Shown: positions 20,681 to 30,486, numbered from the stretch's first letter. The stretch: DNA of 64,000 nt from Promethearchaeota archaeon (GCA_014728035.1 WJMJ01000059.1:224001-288000); one strand, 5' to 3'. The notes: generated by a model from the sequence alone, not told the origin. Numbers and translations: made by a program.

Positions 20681-20839
20681 CTATTGCTTCTTTCGACGCT
20701 TTGGTCTGAGGTCTTTGTTTTTGCATTTTCTGCACTTCTTAGCATTCATTGGATTTGTAGCTCCACAGGTGCGACAAACTTTCTTGTATAGTAAGTAATG
20801 CTGTGCAAGTCTGCGTTTTTCTATGTCAACAACTGGCAT
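20681..20839 (-). CDS. rpl40e: 50S ribosomal protein L40e (52 aa, absent from ORF track)
   Basis: [52 protein letters not shown]; GAGGT SD upstream; no ubiquitin fusion. Confidence 0.95.
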   Translation of the reverse strand: MPVVDIEKRRLAQHYLLYKKVCRTCGATNPMNAKKCRKCKNKDLRPKRRKKQ

Positions 20840-20900
20840 CTTAAGACCTCGTATCTTAGTAAGCTGACTCTATTGAAAAAGTCTGCTCAGGGCAACCATT

Positions 20901-20947
20901 CAGGTGAGATTTTAAACCTTGTGTTTGCACATCTAAAATCTCACCTG
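20901..20947. repeat. Perfect 14-bp inverted repeat between sucD and rpl40e
   Basis: CAGGTGAGATTTTA (20901-20914) and TAAAATCTCACCTG (20934-20947), 19-nt spacer. Confidence 0.8.
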
Positions 20948-20963
20948 TGCATTCTTTGAAAAG

Positions 20964-21833
20964 TTACATCACATCTTTCAGTAGGGTTGCAACGTCACTA
21001 GGTTTCTCAGCAACTGGAATTCCAGCTTTGTTGAAGGCCTCAATTTTTGCTTTCGCAGTTCCAGTACTTCCACTGATAATTGCTCCAGCATGCCCCATTC
21101 TTTTTCCGGGTGGTGCAGTTCTACCTGCGATGAATGCCACAACAGGACGGTCGTAATTCTCTTTAATATAGGCAGCAGCACGTTCTTCAGCGTCCCCTCC
21201 TATTTCTCCAACTAACACAAGAGCTTTGGTCTTTTTGTCCTCCTTGAAGAGCTTGACACCCTCAGCAGGGGTTAGTCCAACACAAGGGTCTCCTCCAAGT
21301 CCTATGGCTGTAGAAATTCCAATACCCGCATGGGTCATTCCAGCTGCGATTTCATATGTGAGAGTTCCACTTCTCGACATGAGACCAACATCTCCTCCAG
21401 AAAACACATGACCCGGCATTATTCCTAGTTTCTGTTTATCTCCAGGAGTGATGATTCCAGGAGTATTTGGCCCAATAACTGTAATCCCTTTCTTCTTAGC
21501 AGCATGGATGACTCTGATTTCATCTTTGACCGGTACATGTTCTGTAATCAATACGACTGGATTCAGATTGGCAGCAATCGCTTCCATGGCGGCATCGCCT
21601 GCGAATGGTGCTGGCACGAAAATTACGGATGCAGTTACATCGTGTTCTTCTTTTGCTTGTTTCACACTATCGTAAACCGGAACTCCATGGATCTCTTCTC
21701 CACCTTTTCCAGGTGTCATTCCTGCAATAATTTTTGTACCGTATTCTAACATTGCTTCAGTATGGAATGTTCCCTGAGAGCCTGTTATTCCTTGGATTAT
21801 CACTTTAGTATCTTTATCAACTAGTACTGGCAT
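20964..21833 (-). CDS. sucD: Succinyl-CoA ligase alpha subunit
   Basis: QGITGSQGTFH, GPNTPG, SRSGTLTYE, GEIGG, RMGHAGA phospho-His motif. Confidence 0.97.
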   Translation of the reverse strand: MPVLVDKDTKVIIQGITGSQGTFHTEAMLEYGTKIIAGMTPGKGGEEIHGVPVYDSVKQAKEEHDVTASVIFVPAPFAGDAAMEAIAANLNPVVLITEHVPVKDEIRVIHAAKKKGITVIGPNTPGIITPGDKQKLGIMPGHVFSGGDVGLMSRSGTLTYEIAAGMTHAGIGISTAIGLGGDPCVGLTPAEGVKLFKEDKKTKALVLVGEIGGDAEERAAAYIKENYDRPVVAFIAGRTAPPGKRMGHAGAIISGSTGTAKAKIEAFNKAGIPVAEKPSDVATLLKDVM

Positions 21834-22979
21834 CTATTTTCCCTCCTCGACAAGACCCACAACTTTTTCGGCTGCTTCTTCCATTGTCTTGAGGAATGGT
21901 ATTCCTGCGTCATTCAAAATCTTCTGTCCCTCTTCTTCGTTTGTTCCTACCATTCTTATGACCATAGGCACCTCAATACCATATTTCTCTCTGGCTGCTA
22001 AGATGCCATTGGCTACGTCATCACATCGTGTGATTCCTCCCATGATATTGACGAGTATTGCCTTCACATTTTCGTACATCTGTGCTATTTTTATTCCCAT
22101 TTCTACTCTCTCTGCATCTGAGCCACCACCAAGATCCAGAAACGTGCTTGCACTCCCTCCGTAGAGTGACACTGCGTCAAGAGTTGCCATAGTTAATCCT
22201 GCACCATTACAGATACATGCAATATCTCCATCAAGTTCTACATATGCCATACCATGATCTGTAGCAAGTTGCTCCCGTTCGTTTTGTTCAACTGGCTCAC
22301 GTTCTAGTTTTTCAATTAGTTTTTTGTGTCGATAGAGAGCATTATCATCTATATTCAATCTTGCATCAGCAGCAAAAAAGATTCCATCTTCAGTCAAAAT
22401 TAATGGATTGATTTCAGTAAGCTCCACATCGTAGCTGTCAACGATTTGCCATAGTTTTAGAAAGAATCCAGCTAGCTTATTGATTGCTTTCCCAGTGAAT
22501 CCCATAGCTATTGCCATCTGTCTTGCCTCGAAGGGTTGGAAGCCTGTATCGGGATTCACATGCATCTTGATGATTTTCTCAGGGCTTTCTTCTGCAAGCT
22601 CCTCGATTGACATTCCACCTGCTGAACTTCCAATCACCACATACTTTCTTGTATTTCTGTCAATTGTAATTCCTGCATAGATTTCTTGTTTAATGTCCAA
22701 TTTTTCTTCAACGAGCACTGCCTCAACTGGAAGGTCGTTTATTTTCATAGCGAGAATCTCTTTTGCAAGCTGTTCTGCTTGCTCTGGAGTATCCGCGAAT
22801 TTCACTCCTCCTGCTTTACCTCGTTTTCCTGAGAGCACTTGTGCCTTAACTACTACTGGTTTACCCACTTCAGTAGCACGCTTCTTTGCCTCTTGAGGGG
22901 TCTTTGCTACACCACCTGGTGGGAGTGGCATACCAAAGGCTCGGAAGATATCCTTTGCTTCATGTTCAAAGAGTTTCAT
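21834..22979 (-). CDS. sucC: Succinyl-CoA ligase beta subunit
   Basis: MKLFEHEAK, KAQV..GKRGKAGGV, EINPL, NGAGLTMATLD, GGITRCD. Confidence 0.97.
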   Translation of the reverse strand: MKLFEHEAKDIFRAFGMPLPPGGVAKTPQEAKKRATEVGKPVVVKAQVLSGKRGKAGGVKFADTPEQAEQLAKEILAMKINDLPVEAVLVEEKLDIKQEIYAGITIDRNTRKYVVIGSSAGGMSIEELAEESPEKIIKMHVNPDTGFQPFEARQMAIAMGFTGKAINKLAGFFLKLWQIVDSYDVELTEINPLILTEDGIFFAADARLNIDDNALYRHKKLIEKLEREPVEQNEREQLATDHGMAYVELDGDIACICNGAGLTMATLDAVSLYGGSASTFLDLGGGSDAERVEMGIKIAQMYENVKAILVNIMGGITRCDDVANGILAAREKYGIEVPMVIRMVGTNEEEGQKILNDAGIPFLKTMEEAAEKVVGLVEEGK

Positions 22980-23058
22980 CGATTTTTACCACCGCAGTAC
23001 GGGGCATCATATTTAGCCCCTAAACTCGTTGCGACAGCCTAAATAATCCATAAAAAGA

Positions 23059-25269
23059 TTAACTTATTGCGGCTAAAATTATACCTAGTCTTTCATCTAA
23101 TTTCTTACAATCTTCCAGAAGATGGGTGTGGATATCAGATTCTATAAGGTTCAGCAAAATCAGATTCACATATTGTATTTCTTCAATACAATTTTCAATC
23201 ACACCCGGAAGATCATTTTCACAGGCAATATTTTCAATACTTTCAGACCCAATCGACTTCAAAATACGTGAAATCATCTCATTAGGTAATCCCGTTCTTG
23301 ATTTTACAAGTTTCTCCAGTATTAAATTCAGATTTTTCTTTTTCTTTTTTAAAGCTCTTAGTACAACTTTTGCATCCCGAACAGGAACACCCAGTAACGA
23401 TACACTTTCTCCTAATTCTGTACACTCTATCTTCTTTCCCTCTCTGTAGACCAACCCTTCTCGTTCAAGGTCTTCTAGAATTTCCATCCCTCGGAATGCT
23501 TGTTTGATTACTCCCGGTGCATATGGTTTGGTTTCATCATTAGCTAATATGAACCTAGAAAACTTCACTAAATGTTTACAAAGTCTCTGGCGTTTCACTC
23601 CCTGATATTTCCAAGACTCGCACGAACAAGACACCCCCTCTTTACTTTTCAATGTGACAAAATGCCATAGGTCTCTACTCTGACTTCTCACAAGTCCTTC
23701 TATCTTGTATGGTGTTACTGAAACTAAACTAACCATCTTATCTTCAATTTCTGAAGCTCGTTTTTGTGTGCTTTTGGTTGATTGAAGGCCAATAAGTTTC
23801 TCGATGTCTATTCCCTCAGATGGAAAAACTCTCTTGGTGATGTCTGTTGTCCGATTTATTGATGCCCAAAAAGTACGATAAAGAACACTGAATGGGTCTT
23901 TTTCTTCTACTCCTGATTGACACATCTGATTTAGAATTAGATCTTGTATATTCTCACGGGTGTCCATGAGACTATCTACTTCACCTTTTACTGGAAAGAT
24001 ATAACCATCCTGGTTTTGAACAAAATATTTTGATAATATTCTTCTTCGTTCTGTTTCGTTATCAACTACTACTGTGCCAAATCCCTCATTATCTAAACCA
24101 ATTCTACCTGCAGAATGTAATGCTTCATCTAATTCCCATTCGGTTAGCATGGTCAAATTTTCTTCTCCAGATAGCTCCATACCAATGCCTTGCATAAATA
24201 CTCCCATCAGGAATACAACTGTAGCCTTCATTCCACTTGCAATAGAGAATCTTGTAGGCATTACTAACACTGGGATAATTCCTTCTGACCAAGCTTTTGA
24301 AATTGCTCTTCGTTGAGCTGATGCTACTCCTTCATGAATAAATGGAACACCCATTCTTATTGTTTCAGCCAATTGTTGAGTCATGGTACACTCAGCATAT
24401 TTTTTCATAACTTCATTTGATACTTCTATTAGTCTATCTTTATGTTCTGGCTTGAGTCGTAGATCCAACTTGTCATCAGGATTTGATCCTAATCCAGAAA
24501 GTTGCATTGCAATTCTTTCACATGTGGAAGTATTGGGACAAAGAATTAGAGTCAATCCTCGTGAGTAATGAATGTATTCTGTAAGGTCTTTGAATTGTTT
24601 ATCAATACCCTCAAATTGTTTCACGCTAAATATGCGTTTCAAATCTGGTTTTGGATCTTCTACGATTGTTGCTTGTAACCATTCTGCTAGTTCTGTAATA
24701 TCAGCTACAGAGGGACATATCGCGAGATACTGAATCTTTTGACCTAACCCCATCATTTTGACAATTATACTTTCAAGTCTTGGGCCAATGCTCGTCCTTC
24801 CAATTAGGTCCATTCTCTTAATAACTACACATCTCAGATTCTTGAGGATTTCGGGATGTGTTCGAATTGCAATACTGAATGCTCGATATGTAGCAACAAT
24901 GACTCTTCCTATATGCAAGTCTGATTGGATAGCTTTTCTTCGTCTATCTATAAGGGTTGCTTCTACACCTAACCGGAGACATTTCTGCCCAATACTTTTT
25001 AGTGCTTGATTTGCAGAATGGGGATTTGGACATAGAATTACTCCTTTCGCTCGAAAGTCTGTTGCTATTGTACTGAGGAGACTTATTTCTGAAATTTGGT
25101 ATGCTTCTTCATAGTCGTAGGTTACAAGAATTTGGTTTTGTTTTCTAAGGATTCCTTTTTGAAGCGCATTCATCTGAAAGTCTGTAAGCTTGTCCATCCC
25201 TTCTCTTCTAAGAATCTCAAGAAGCCGAGGGGATCTCATTTCGAGTTCCAGCTCACGTAATGCACTCAT
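23059..25269 (-). CDS. Inactive Ski2/Hel308-like helicase with SWIM zinc finger
   Basis: Q-motif LTDFQ, ATY, GPRLE, GVPFIHEG, AGRIG, TELG retained; no GKT or DExH; SWIM CSC-x13-CKH at 23572-23628. Confidence 0.72.
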   Translation of the reverse strand: MSALRELELEMRSPRLLEILRREGMDKLTDFQMNALQKGILRKQNQILVTYDYEEAYQISEISLLSTIATDFRAKGVILCPNPHSANQALKSIGQKCLRLGVEATLIDRRRKAIQSDLHIGRVIVATYRAFSIAIRTHPEILKNLRCVVIKRMDLIGRTSIGPRLESIIVKMMGLGQKIQYLAICPSVADITELAEWLQATIVEDPKPDLKRIFSVKQFEGIDKQFKDLTEYIHYSRGLTLILCPNTSTCERIAMQLSGLGSNPDDKLDLRLKPEHKDRLIEVSNEVMKKYAECTMTQQLAETIRMGVPFIHEGVASAQRRAISKAWSEGIIPVLVMPTRFSIASGMKATVVFLMGVFMQGIGMELSGEENLTMLTEWELDEALHSAGRIGLDNEGFGTVVVDNETERRRILSKYFVQNQDGYIFPVKGEVDSLMDTRENIQDLILNQMCQSGVEEKDPFSVLYRTFWASINRTTDITKRVFPSEGIDIEKLIGLQSTKSTQKRASEIEDKMVSLVSVTPYKIEGLVRSQSRDLWHFVTLKSKEGVSCSCESWKYQGVKRQRLCKHLVKFSRFILANDETKPYAPGVIKQAFRGMEILEDLEREGLVYREGKKIECTELGESVSLLGVPVRDAKVVLRALKKKKKNLNLILEKLVKSRTGLPNEMISRILKSIGSESIENIACENDLPGVIENCIEEIQYVNLILLNLIESDIHTHLLEDCKKLDERLGIILAAIS

Positions 25270-25434
25270 TATTATCACTCATTTCCAAATGCGCAATTAC
25301 TTCTTACATCTATTATTCACTAAATAAACTAATGGTTTTCAATATATCGAGCTATTGTACCAAAAATGGAGCATTTTTTGGTTGTTGCGAATAGTTTAAT
25401 GGGGATTGAGCTAGACTGCAGCTGGTGATGTGCT

Positions 25435-26100
25435 ATGGAATTAGCAAGGTCTATCAAGTGCAAGGAATTGATGAAGCTCGACGTTGTTGATGCTGATGGG
25501 AAAGAAGTAGGCCACGTCGGTGATTTCACATTTGCCTTTAAAGATAAATTAGAGCTCCGCCAATTTGTCTTGGAAGGTTCGGCTTGGGAGGAATTTCTTG
25601 AGTCAATTAAAGTAAAACCGGACAGAGATCCTGTATTTGATGCATCAACAATAAAGAAGATCGATAAGAAACTATACTTATCTACTAATACTGATGAATT
25701 AAAGACTACTTGTGAAAACGATTGGATACCTGAAGATGAATACAGACTATCCGAACTTGAAAAGATGGATATTATTGACCGAGCAGGTATCAAAGTTGGT
25801 CGAATCATTGATGTTCATTTTGATGTTGATGGGTCTGCCTCATTGATAGTTGGAGGCGGCTTTTTTGAAGAAGCTCTTGAAGCAATTGGTCTGAAAGAAG
25901 ATGTTGACTTCGTCGTTCCAGGAGATGTACTTACTTGTCTTGGTGACAAGGTTCAGCTTGCTGTTACAAAAGACGAGTTAGGAACGACCATGGAAAAAGC
26001 TTTGAAGGAAAAAGCTCCTGATATCGAACGAGTGAAATCCAATAAAGCGGTTACTCGTGATATTGGCAAAGTCCGACTTTTCACACACCGCCCTATCTAA
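25435..26100 (+). CDS. Tandem PRC-barrel domain protein
   Basis: Two copies: ELMKLDVVDADGKEVGHVGDF and ELEKMDIIDRAGIKVGRIIDV. Confidence 0.85.
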   Translation: MELARSIKCKELMKLDVVDADGKEVGHVGDFTFAFKDKLELRQFVLEGSAWEEFLESIKVKPDRDPVFDASTIKKIDKKLYLSTNTDELKTTCENDWIPEDEYRLSELEKMDIIDRAGIKVGRIIDVHFDVDGSASLIVGGGFFEEALEAIGLKEDVDFVVPGDVLTCLGDKVQLAVTKDELGTTMEKALKEKAPDIERVKSNKAVTRDIGKVRLFTHRPI

Positions 26101-26108
26101 TCTCAATT

Positions 26109-26140
26109 ACATAGCCATTTTTTGGCTATGTCATTTTTTT
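26109..26140 (+). terminator. Hairpin plus T-tract terminator after the PRC-barrel gene
   Basis: ACATAGCCA-T5-TGGCTATGT then T7, starting 9 nt after the stop. Confidence 0.7.
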
Positions 26141-26269
26141 ACCTAGCATTACCTACCGCTTATGCTGATACATATAAACAAAGAAAAGGCAGCCCTGTCT
26201 TGATGATACTGTTCAAGTAATGACGTGTGTATACTAAAAACACATACGTTTGCTTCGAGGTATGATGAA

Positions 26270-27013
26270 ATGGCATTTGTGTCTACACGAGACTCCTCAT
26301 TCAAGATTATATTAAAAGATGATTTCAAAGTAAAGCCCGGTTCCACTTTTGTCTGTGGATTTCATGGTTTGGGTGAAGTTGGTTTTCTAAGTACTGCTCA
26401 TCTTACCCGTGCACTCGATACAGAGAGAGTTGGATATATCAAAAGCGATATGCTTCCTCTATTTGTGTCTATGGAGAATGAGAATCTTGTATTACCTTTC
26501 GAGATTTATTCCTATGATGAAAAGAATATGATTTTCTTAGTTCCACGATTTCAACCACACCAAAGTGAGCAATGGAGTTTCATAGACCATCTTGTAGATT
26601 GGATTTGTGAGAATGAATTCAGTGAAGTCTTACTACTTGGAGGGCTCGATGCTAGTTTCAAAGAAGATGACGATGATATGCGTTGTGTGCCCACCTCCGC
26701 CTATAAGGACAAACTTGAGAAATGGAATGTGCCTCTTCTTGAGGAGGGTCTTTTTGTTGCAGGGCCATTGGCCTTATTCCTTGCCGAATTGGAGATGCGT
26801 GAAGCTCCCGGAGTAGGTCTACTCACATATGCTACTCGTGGTAGGCCCGATCCCCGTTCAGCTGCATCCATGCTACAACGAATCAACCAGGTATATGGTG
26901 TTGAAGCTAATGTTGATCAGCTGATTGAAGAGTCAAAGGAGATTGAACGGCTCGAAAAGATGCGAAAGAGTATAGAATCTGATAGTGACCGAGCCCACGA
27001 TATGTATATGTAG
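26270..27013 (+). CDS. PAC2-family proteasome assembly chaperone
   Basis: GFHGLGEVGFLSTAHL, LLGG, GPLALFL, PDPRSAA, C-terminal HbYX-like MYM. Confidence 0.9.
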   Translation: MAFVSTRDSSFKIILKDDFKVKPGSTFVCGFHGLGEVGFLSTAHLTRALDTERVGYIKSDMLPLFVSMENENLVLPFEIYSYDEKNMIFLVPRFQPHQSEQWSFIDHLVDWICENEFSEVLLLGGLDASFKEDDDDMRCVPTSAYKDKLEKWNVPLLEEGLFVAGPLALFLAELEMREAPGVGLLTYATRGRPDPRSAASMLQRINQVYGVEANVDQLIEESKEIERLEKMRKSIESDSDRAHDMYM

Positions 27014-27020
27014 ATGATTT

Positions 27021-27560
27021 CTAACCCAGTCTTCGAATATACCATCCTATGTCCACAAGGTTCTTTGCAACAAGCTTGTCTGAACCTAGTCGGTCAAGCT
27101 TGTTGGCATCAACAGATAATATAGCAATTCCAAGGCATTCTTTTTCTTCATTGAGTACAAGCACACGTTGGTTTCTGGATAGATTTTCAGGGAGTTCAAC
27201 AACAGACTCTCTTAGAATACTATTTCCATAGGTAAATGCTTCAGCAGCATGTGAAGAAACAATCAGATACGCTGCAGTGTCCAGTGCAATTTTCTGAGCA
27301 GCTATAAGACTTATTCTAAAATCACTTCCATCATATTCTCCCAACCATAATCCCATTGATTGAATCTCAAAAGTATTTATTTTATCAAGAATCTCTATCC
27401 AATCTTCTGGAATCAGATATACTGAGAGATATTTTTTCTTCTCAATTGAAACAGGTATTCGATTAAGTGAGATCTTTCTTGTTATATCATGACCAAAATC
27501 CTGATCAATTATATTTGAGATTGTTTTCCATAGTTCGGAATCTAACAGTTCAGCACTCAT
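27021..27560 (-). CDS. Nip7-like PUA protein
   Basis: SMGLWLGE...FRISL, AEAFTYGNSIL, VLVLNE..ECLGIA, NLVDIGWYIRR; adjacent to Nop2. Confidence 0.85.
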   Translation of the reverse strand: MSAELLDSELWKTISNIIDQDFGHDITRKISLNRIPVSIEKKKYLSVYLIPEDWIEILDKINTFEIQSMGLWLGEYDGSDFRISLIAAQKIALDTAAYLIVSSHAAEAFTYGNSILRESVVELPENLSRNQRVLVLNEEKECLGIAILSVDANKLDRLGSDKLVAKNLVDIGWYIRRLG

Positions 27561-28541
27561 CTATTTTACCCCCTCTTCTTTGATTATTTTTGCAACGAAG
27601 AAACCTTCAGTACCATCTCTATGAGGAAGAAATCGCTTGGTTAATTTCAGTGATTCATCAAGGTCAACTCCGTATGGATTGACTATTCCTGGGGTGCCAA
27701 AATCCAGTGATATCTTTGAAAGTTTTATTTCATGATGTTTCCTTAAAATATTATCAAGCACAAATTCATTTTCTTCTGGAGCTATGGAACATGTTGCATA
27801 GACTAACACCCCACCTGGTGCTAGAACTGAGATTGCTTCTTCTAGCATCTCTTCTTGTCTAGTTGCACAGTACCTTATGTCTGCCATGGATTTACTGGTT
27901 TTTCTTGATGAATCAATTGGAATCAATCCCTCACCCGAGCATGGCGCATCCAACATAATTTTGTCTGGTCGTAAGCCGAGCTCGCTTATTTTTCTTGCAT
28001 CTCCTCTTAATACAATCGAATTTATTACTCCACATCTTAGTATGTTACTTTCAAGACTTGTAAGTCTAAGTCTATCTTGGTCTATTGCAAATAACTTTCC
28101 AGTATTTTCCATAAGCTGTGCAATATGAGTACTCTTTCCCCCTGGTGCGGCAGCCAAATCTATTACTACTTCATTAGGTTTTGGATCAAGTACTCGCGAT
28201 ACTGTCATAGAGGGAACACCTTGAACATAGTAGTAACCCAACATATGCTCGAAGAGTGCACCAGGAGAGTAACCACCAAAATCTGCCCAGAATCCCTCCT
28301 CAATCCATGGGATTTGTTTTAGTTGCACATCTTTCTTTTCTAATCTCGAAATGAGTTCTTTAATAGGTATTCTCAATTGATTTACTCTAATCGCAGTCGG
28401 AATTGGTTTATCACAAGATTCTAAGAATTGATATGTTTCATCTTCACCCCATAGTGAAAGATATCTTTCAATCATATATGGAAGATATCCATATTTTTTA
28501 GCAATCTTCTTAGCTTTTTGTCGCAATTCCTTTCTATCCAC
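27561..28541 (-). CDS. RsmB/Nop2-family RNA m5C methyltransferase
   Basis: IRVNQL, GYYYVQ, DLAAAPGGKS, LDAPCSGEG, YATCSIAPEENE. Confidence 0.95.
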   Translation of the reverse strand: MDRKELRQKAKKIAKKYGYLPYMIERYLSLWGEDETYQFLESCDKPIPTAIRVNQLRIPIKELISRLEKKDVQLKQIPWIEEGFWADFGGYSPGALFEHMLGYYYVQGVPSMTVSRVLDPKPNEVVIDLAAAPGGKSTHIAQLMENTGKLFAIDQDRLRLTSLESNILRCGVINSIVLRGDARKISELGLRPDKIMLDAPCSGEGLIPIDSSRKTSKSMADIRYCATRQEEMLEEAISVLAPGGVLVYATCSIAPEENEFVLDNILRKHHEIKLSKISLDFGTPGIVNPYGVDLDESLKLTKRFLPHRDGTEGFFVAKIIKEEGVK

Positions 28542-28559
28542 TCGTTTTCCTTCCTCTTC

Positions 28560-29816
28560 TCAATCGTATTCTCTCACTGCTTCAAGTAATTTTTCTAGAC
28601 TTTGTGATATTACAGGAGTCTTTGGGATTAATGCTTTGATTAAGTGCAAATCTTTGAAACCTGAACCAGTTATCGGAACAATAATCTGGTCTTGTTTATC
28701 AATGGTACCATCTTCAATCATTTGCTTTAATCCTGCTAATCCGGCTACTCCACTAGGTTCACCAAATATCCCTTCATATTTTCCTAGTTCTACTAGACAT
28801 TTCTTTATGCTGTAATCTGAAACTGATATTGCCATACCTTTTGCATCTTCGAGATAAGTCAACGCTGCATCACCATCCCATGGAAATGGATCTGCCAGTC
28901 CTCCCGCACAGGTGTCGACATTTTCAGCTGGTTCTATCTCTGTTGGTTTCTTGCTTTTTTGAAAAGCCTCGACTAATGGTGAACATCCTGTTGGCTGAAC
29001 TACTACCGGTTTTGGTATTTCTTCAATCAGTCCCAACTCCTTGAACTCATAGATGCCTTTCATGGTACCTGACATCAATCCACCACTACCTGTTGGGAAA
29101 AACACCCAGTCTGGAGTTTTCCACTCAAATTGTTCAGCAAGCTCATAACCAATTGTTTTGTTTCCTTCATATTGGAAACAGTTAAACGGGCCAAATGACG
29201 GTATTGGTGTCCAATCAAGTTCGGTATATGCTTCTTGCAAAAGTGCTGTCGTTGGGTCTACATTTGGCACAGTGGGTTTGACTTGAATTACTTTCGTTCC
29301 TAAAACCAATAGATGAATCAATTTGCCTGATGGAACTTTTTCTGGCACAAGTACAATTGTTTTAGTACCTGATCTAGCAGAGTATGTGGCTAGTGATGCA
29401 GCTGCATTTCCAGAAGATGCAGATATAACGACACTTGCTCCATCTTCTATAGCTCTGCTTAATCCCACACTTATCGGTCTATCTTTGAAAGACCCCGATG
29501 GATTCATTGTTTCAATCTTCAAAAATAGATTATCGAGACCGTATTTTTTCCCTAGTCGGTCTGCTTTAATCAGTGGGGTTCCGCCCTCACCCAATGTGAT
29601 GATACTTTCTTTCTTCCTGATTGGGAGCAGTTCAAAGTATTTCCAATGTGCTGGATTGCGGCTAGATAATTCTTCTTGAGTGATGGTTTCTTTCAATAGT
29701 TCCAGGTCTGGGGTGATGTCTATTCTGCCTCCACAGCCATCATTTGGAGGTACATCATCATCTGAATATACTTTGCTGCATTTTGCACATTTGTACATAA
29801 ATCTTCTATGACGCAT
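28560..29816 (-). CDS. thrC: Threonine synthase (fold-type II PLP enzyme)
   Basis: LGEGGTPL, NPSGSFKDR (PLP Lys), ASSGNAAAS, EGNKT, PTGSGG, TGSGFKD; start placed behind a GGGGTGA SD. Confidence 0.9.
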   Translation of the reverse strand: MRHRRFMYKCAKCSKVYSDDDVPPNDGCGGRIDITPDLELLKETITQEELSSRNPAHWKYFELLPIRKKESIITLGEGGTPLIKADRLGKKYGLDNLFLKIETMNPSGSFKDRPISVGLSRAIEDGASVVISASSGNAAASLATYSARSGTKTIVLVPEKVPSGKLIHLLVLGTKVIQVKPTVPNVDPTTALLQEAYTELDWTPIPSFGPFNCFQYEGNKTIGYELAEQFEWKTPDWVFFPTGSGGLMSGTMKGIYEFKELGLIEEIPKPVVVQPTGCSPLVEAFQKSKKPTEIEPAENVDTCAGGLADPFPWDGDAALTYLEDAKGMAISVSDYSIKKCLVELGKYEGIFGEPSGVAGLAGLKQMIEDGTIDKQDQIIVPITGSGFKDLHLIKALIPKTPVISQSLEKLLEAVREYD

Positions 29817-29919
29817 TTTACAATCACCCCTGCCAAGTGGCAGCTTCATCATTGATTTTCTTAATCCATGTTATGAAAACATCTAAGAGGTACTTCTAAT
29901 AGTATCGATTGAGTGAAAT

Positions 29920-30486
29920 ATGACTTCCGAGATTGAGGTGGAAATGAAACTCCCAATTACAGATATTGTTTCATTACAAGATAAGTTGGAACTCCTTAAT
30001 GCCCAACGCCTTGGTATATCTATTCAATCTGATATGTATTTTAATCATCCCTGTCGTGATTTTAGTTCAACTGACGAGGCAATTCGAATTCGAGAAAGTA
30101 TTGATGATGCTGATTCTGGTAAAGACAAGACCATCGAATTAACCTATAAAGGGCCAAAGCTCAGCAGTGGCACAAAAACCCGAGTTGAAACATCAATTGA
30201 ACTGAAACGCATGCATAATGCTTCTTTGCTTTTGCTTCAACTAGGTTTCAAGCATGTTCAAACTGTCAAAAAGACACGAACTTCCTATAATCTAAATGGA
30301 ATTACTCTTACAATTGACCAAATTGATGGATTAGGTGCATTTGTTGAGGTTGAAAAGATTGTTGAAAGCCACGAAGATATTCCTAGAGTTGAAAAGCAAC
30401 TCAACAAGCTTCTTGATAAGCTTGGTCTTGATCCATCTACGACCATCCGTGTTTCATATCTTGAAATGTTATTAGAACTGAGCTAG
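29920..30486 (+). CDS. cyaB: CYTH-domain protein (class IV adenylate cyclase CyaB-like)
   Basis: EVEMK, QSDMYFNHPCRDF..TDEAIRIR, LTYKGPK, GLGAFVEVE, SYLEML. Confidence 0.9.
   Translation: MTSEIEVEMKLPITDIVSLQDKLELLNAQRLGISIQSDMYFNHPCRDFSSTDEAIRIRESIDDADSGKDKTIELTYKGPKLSSGTKTRVETSIELKRMHNASLLLLQLGFKHVQTVKKTRTSYNLNGITLTIDQIDGLGAFVEVEKIVESHEDIPRVEKQLNKLLDKLGLDPSTTIRVSYLEMLLELS

Noticed and set aside
21831-21836. In-frame TAG-ATG junctions (sucC/sucD, also Nop2/Nip7 at 27558-27563 and peptide 2/ORF3 at 50304-50309) as pyrrolysine or readthrough fusions
   Set aside because: Downstream genes have SD-like sequence in the upstream gene's tail and the known proteins are complete; ordinary translational coupling explains it, and no pyl genes are in the window
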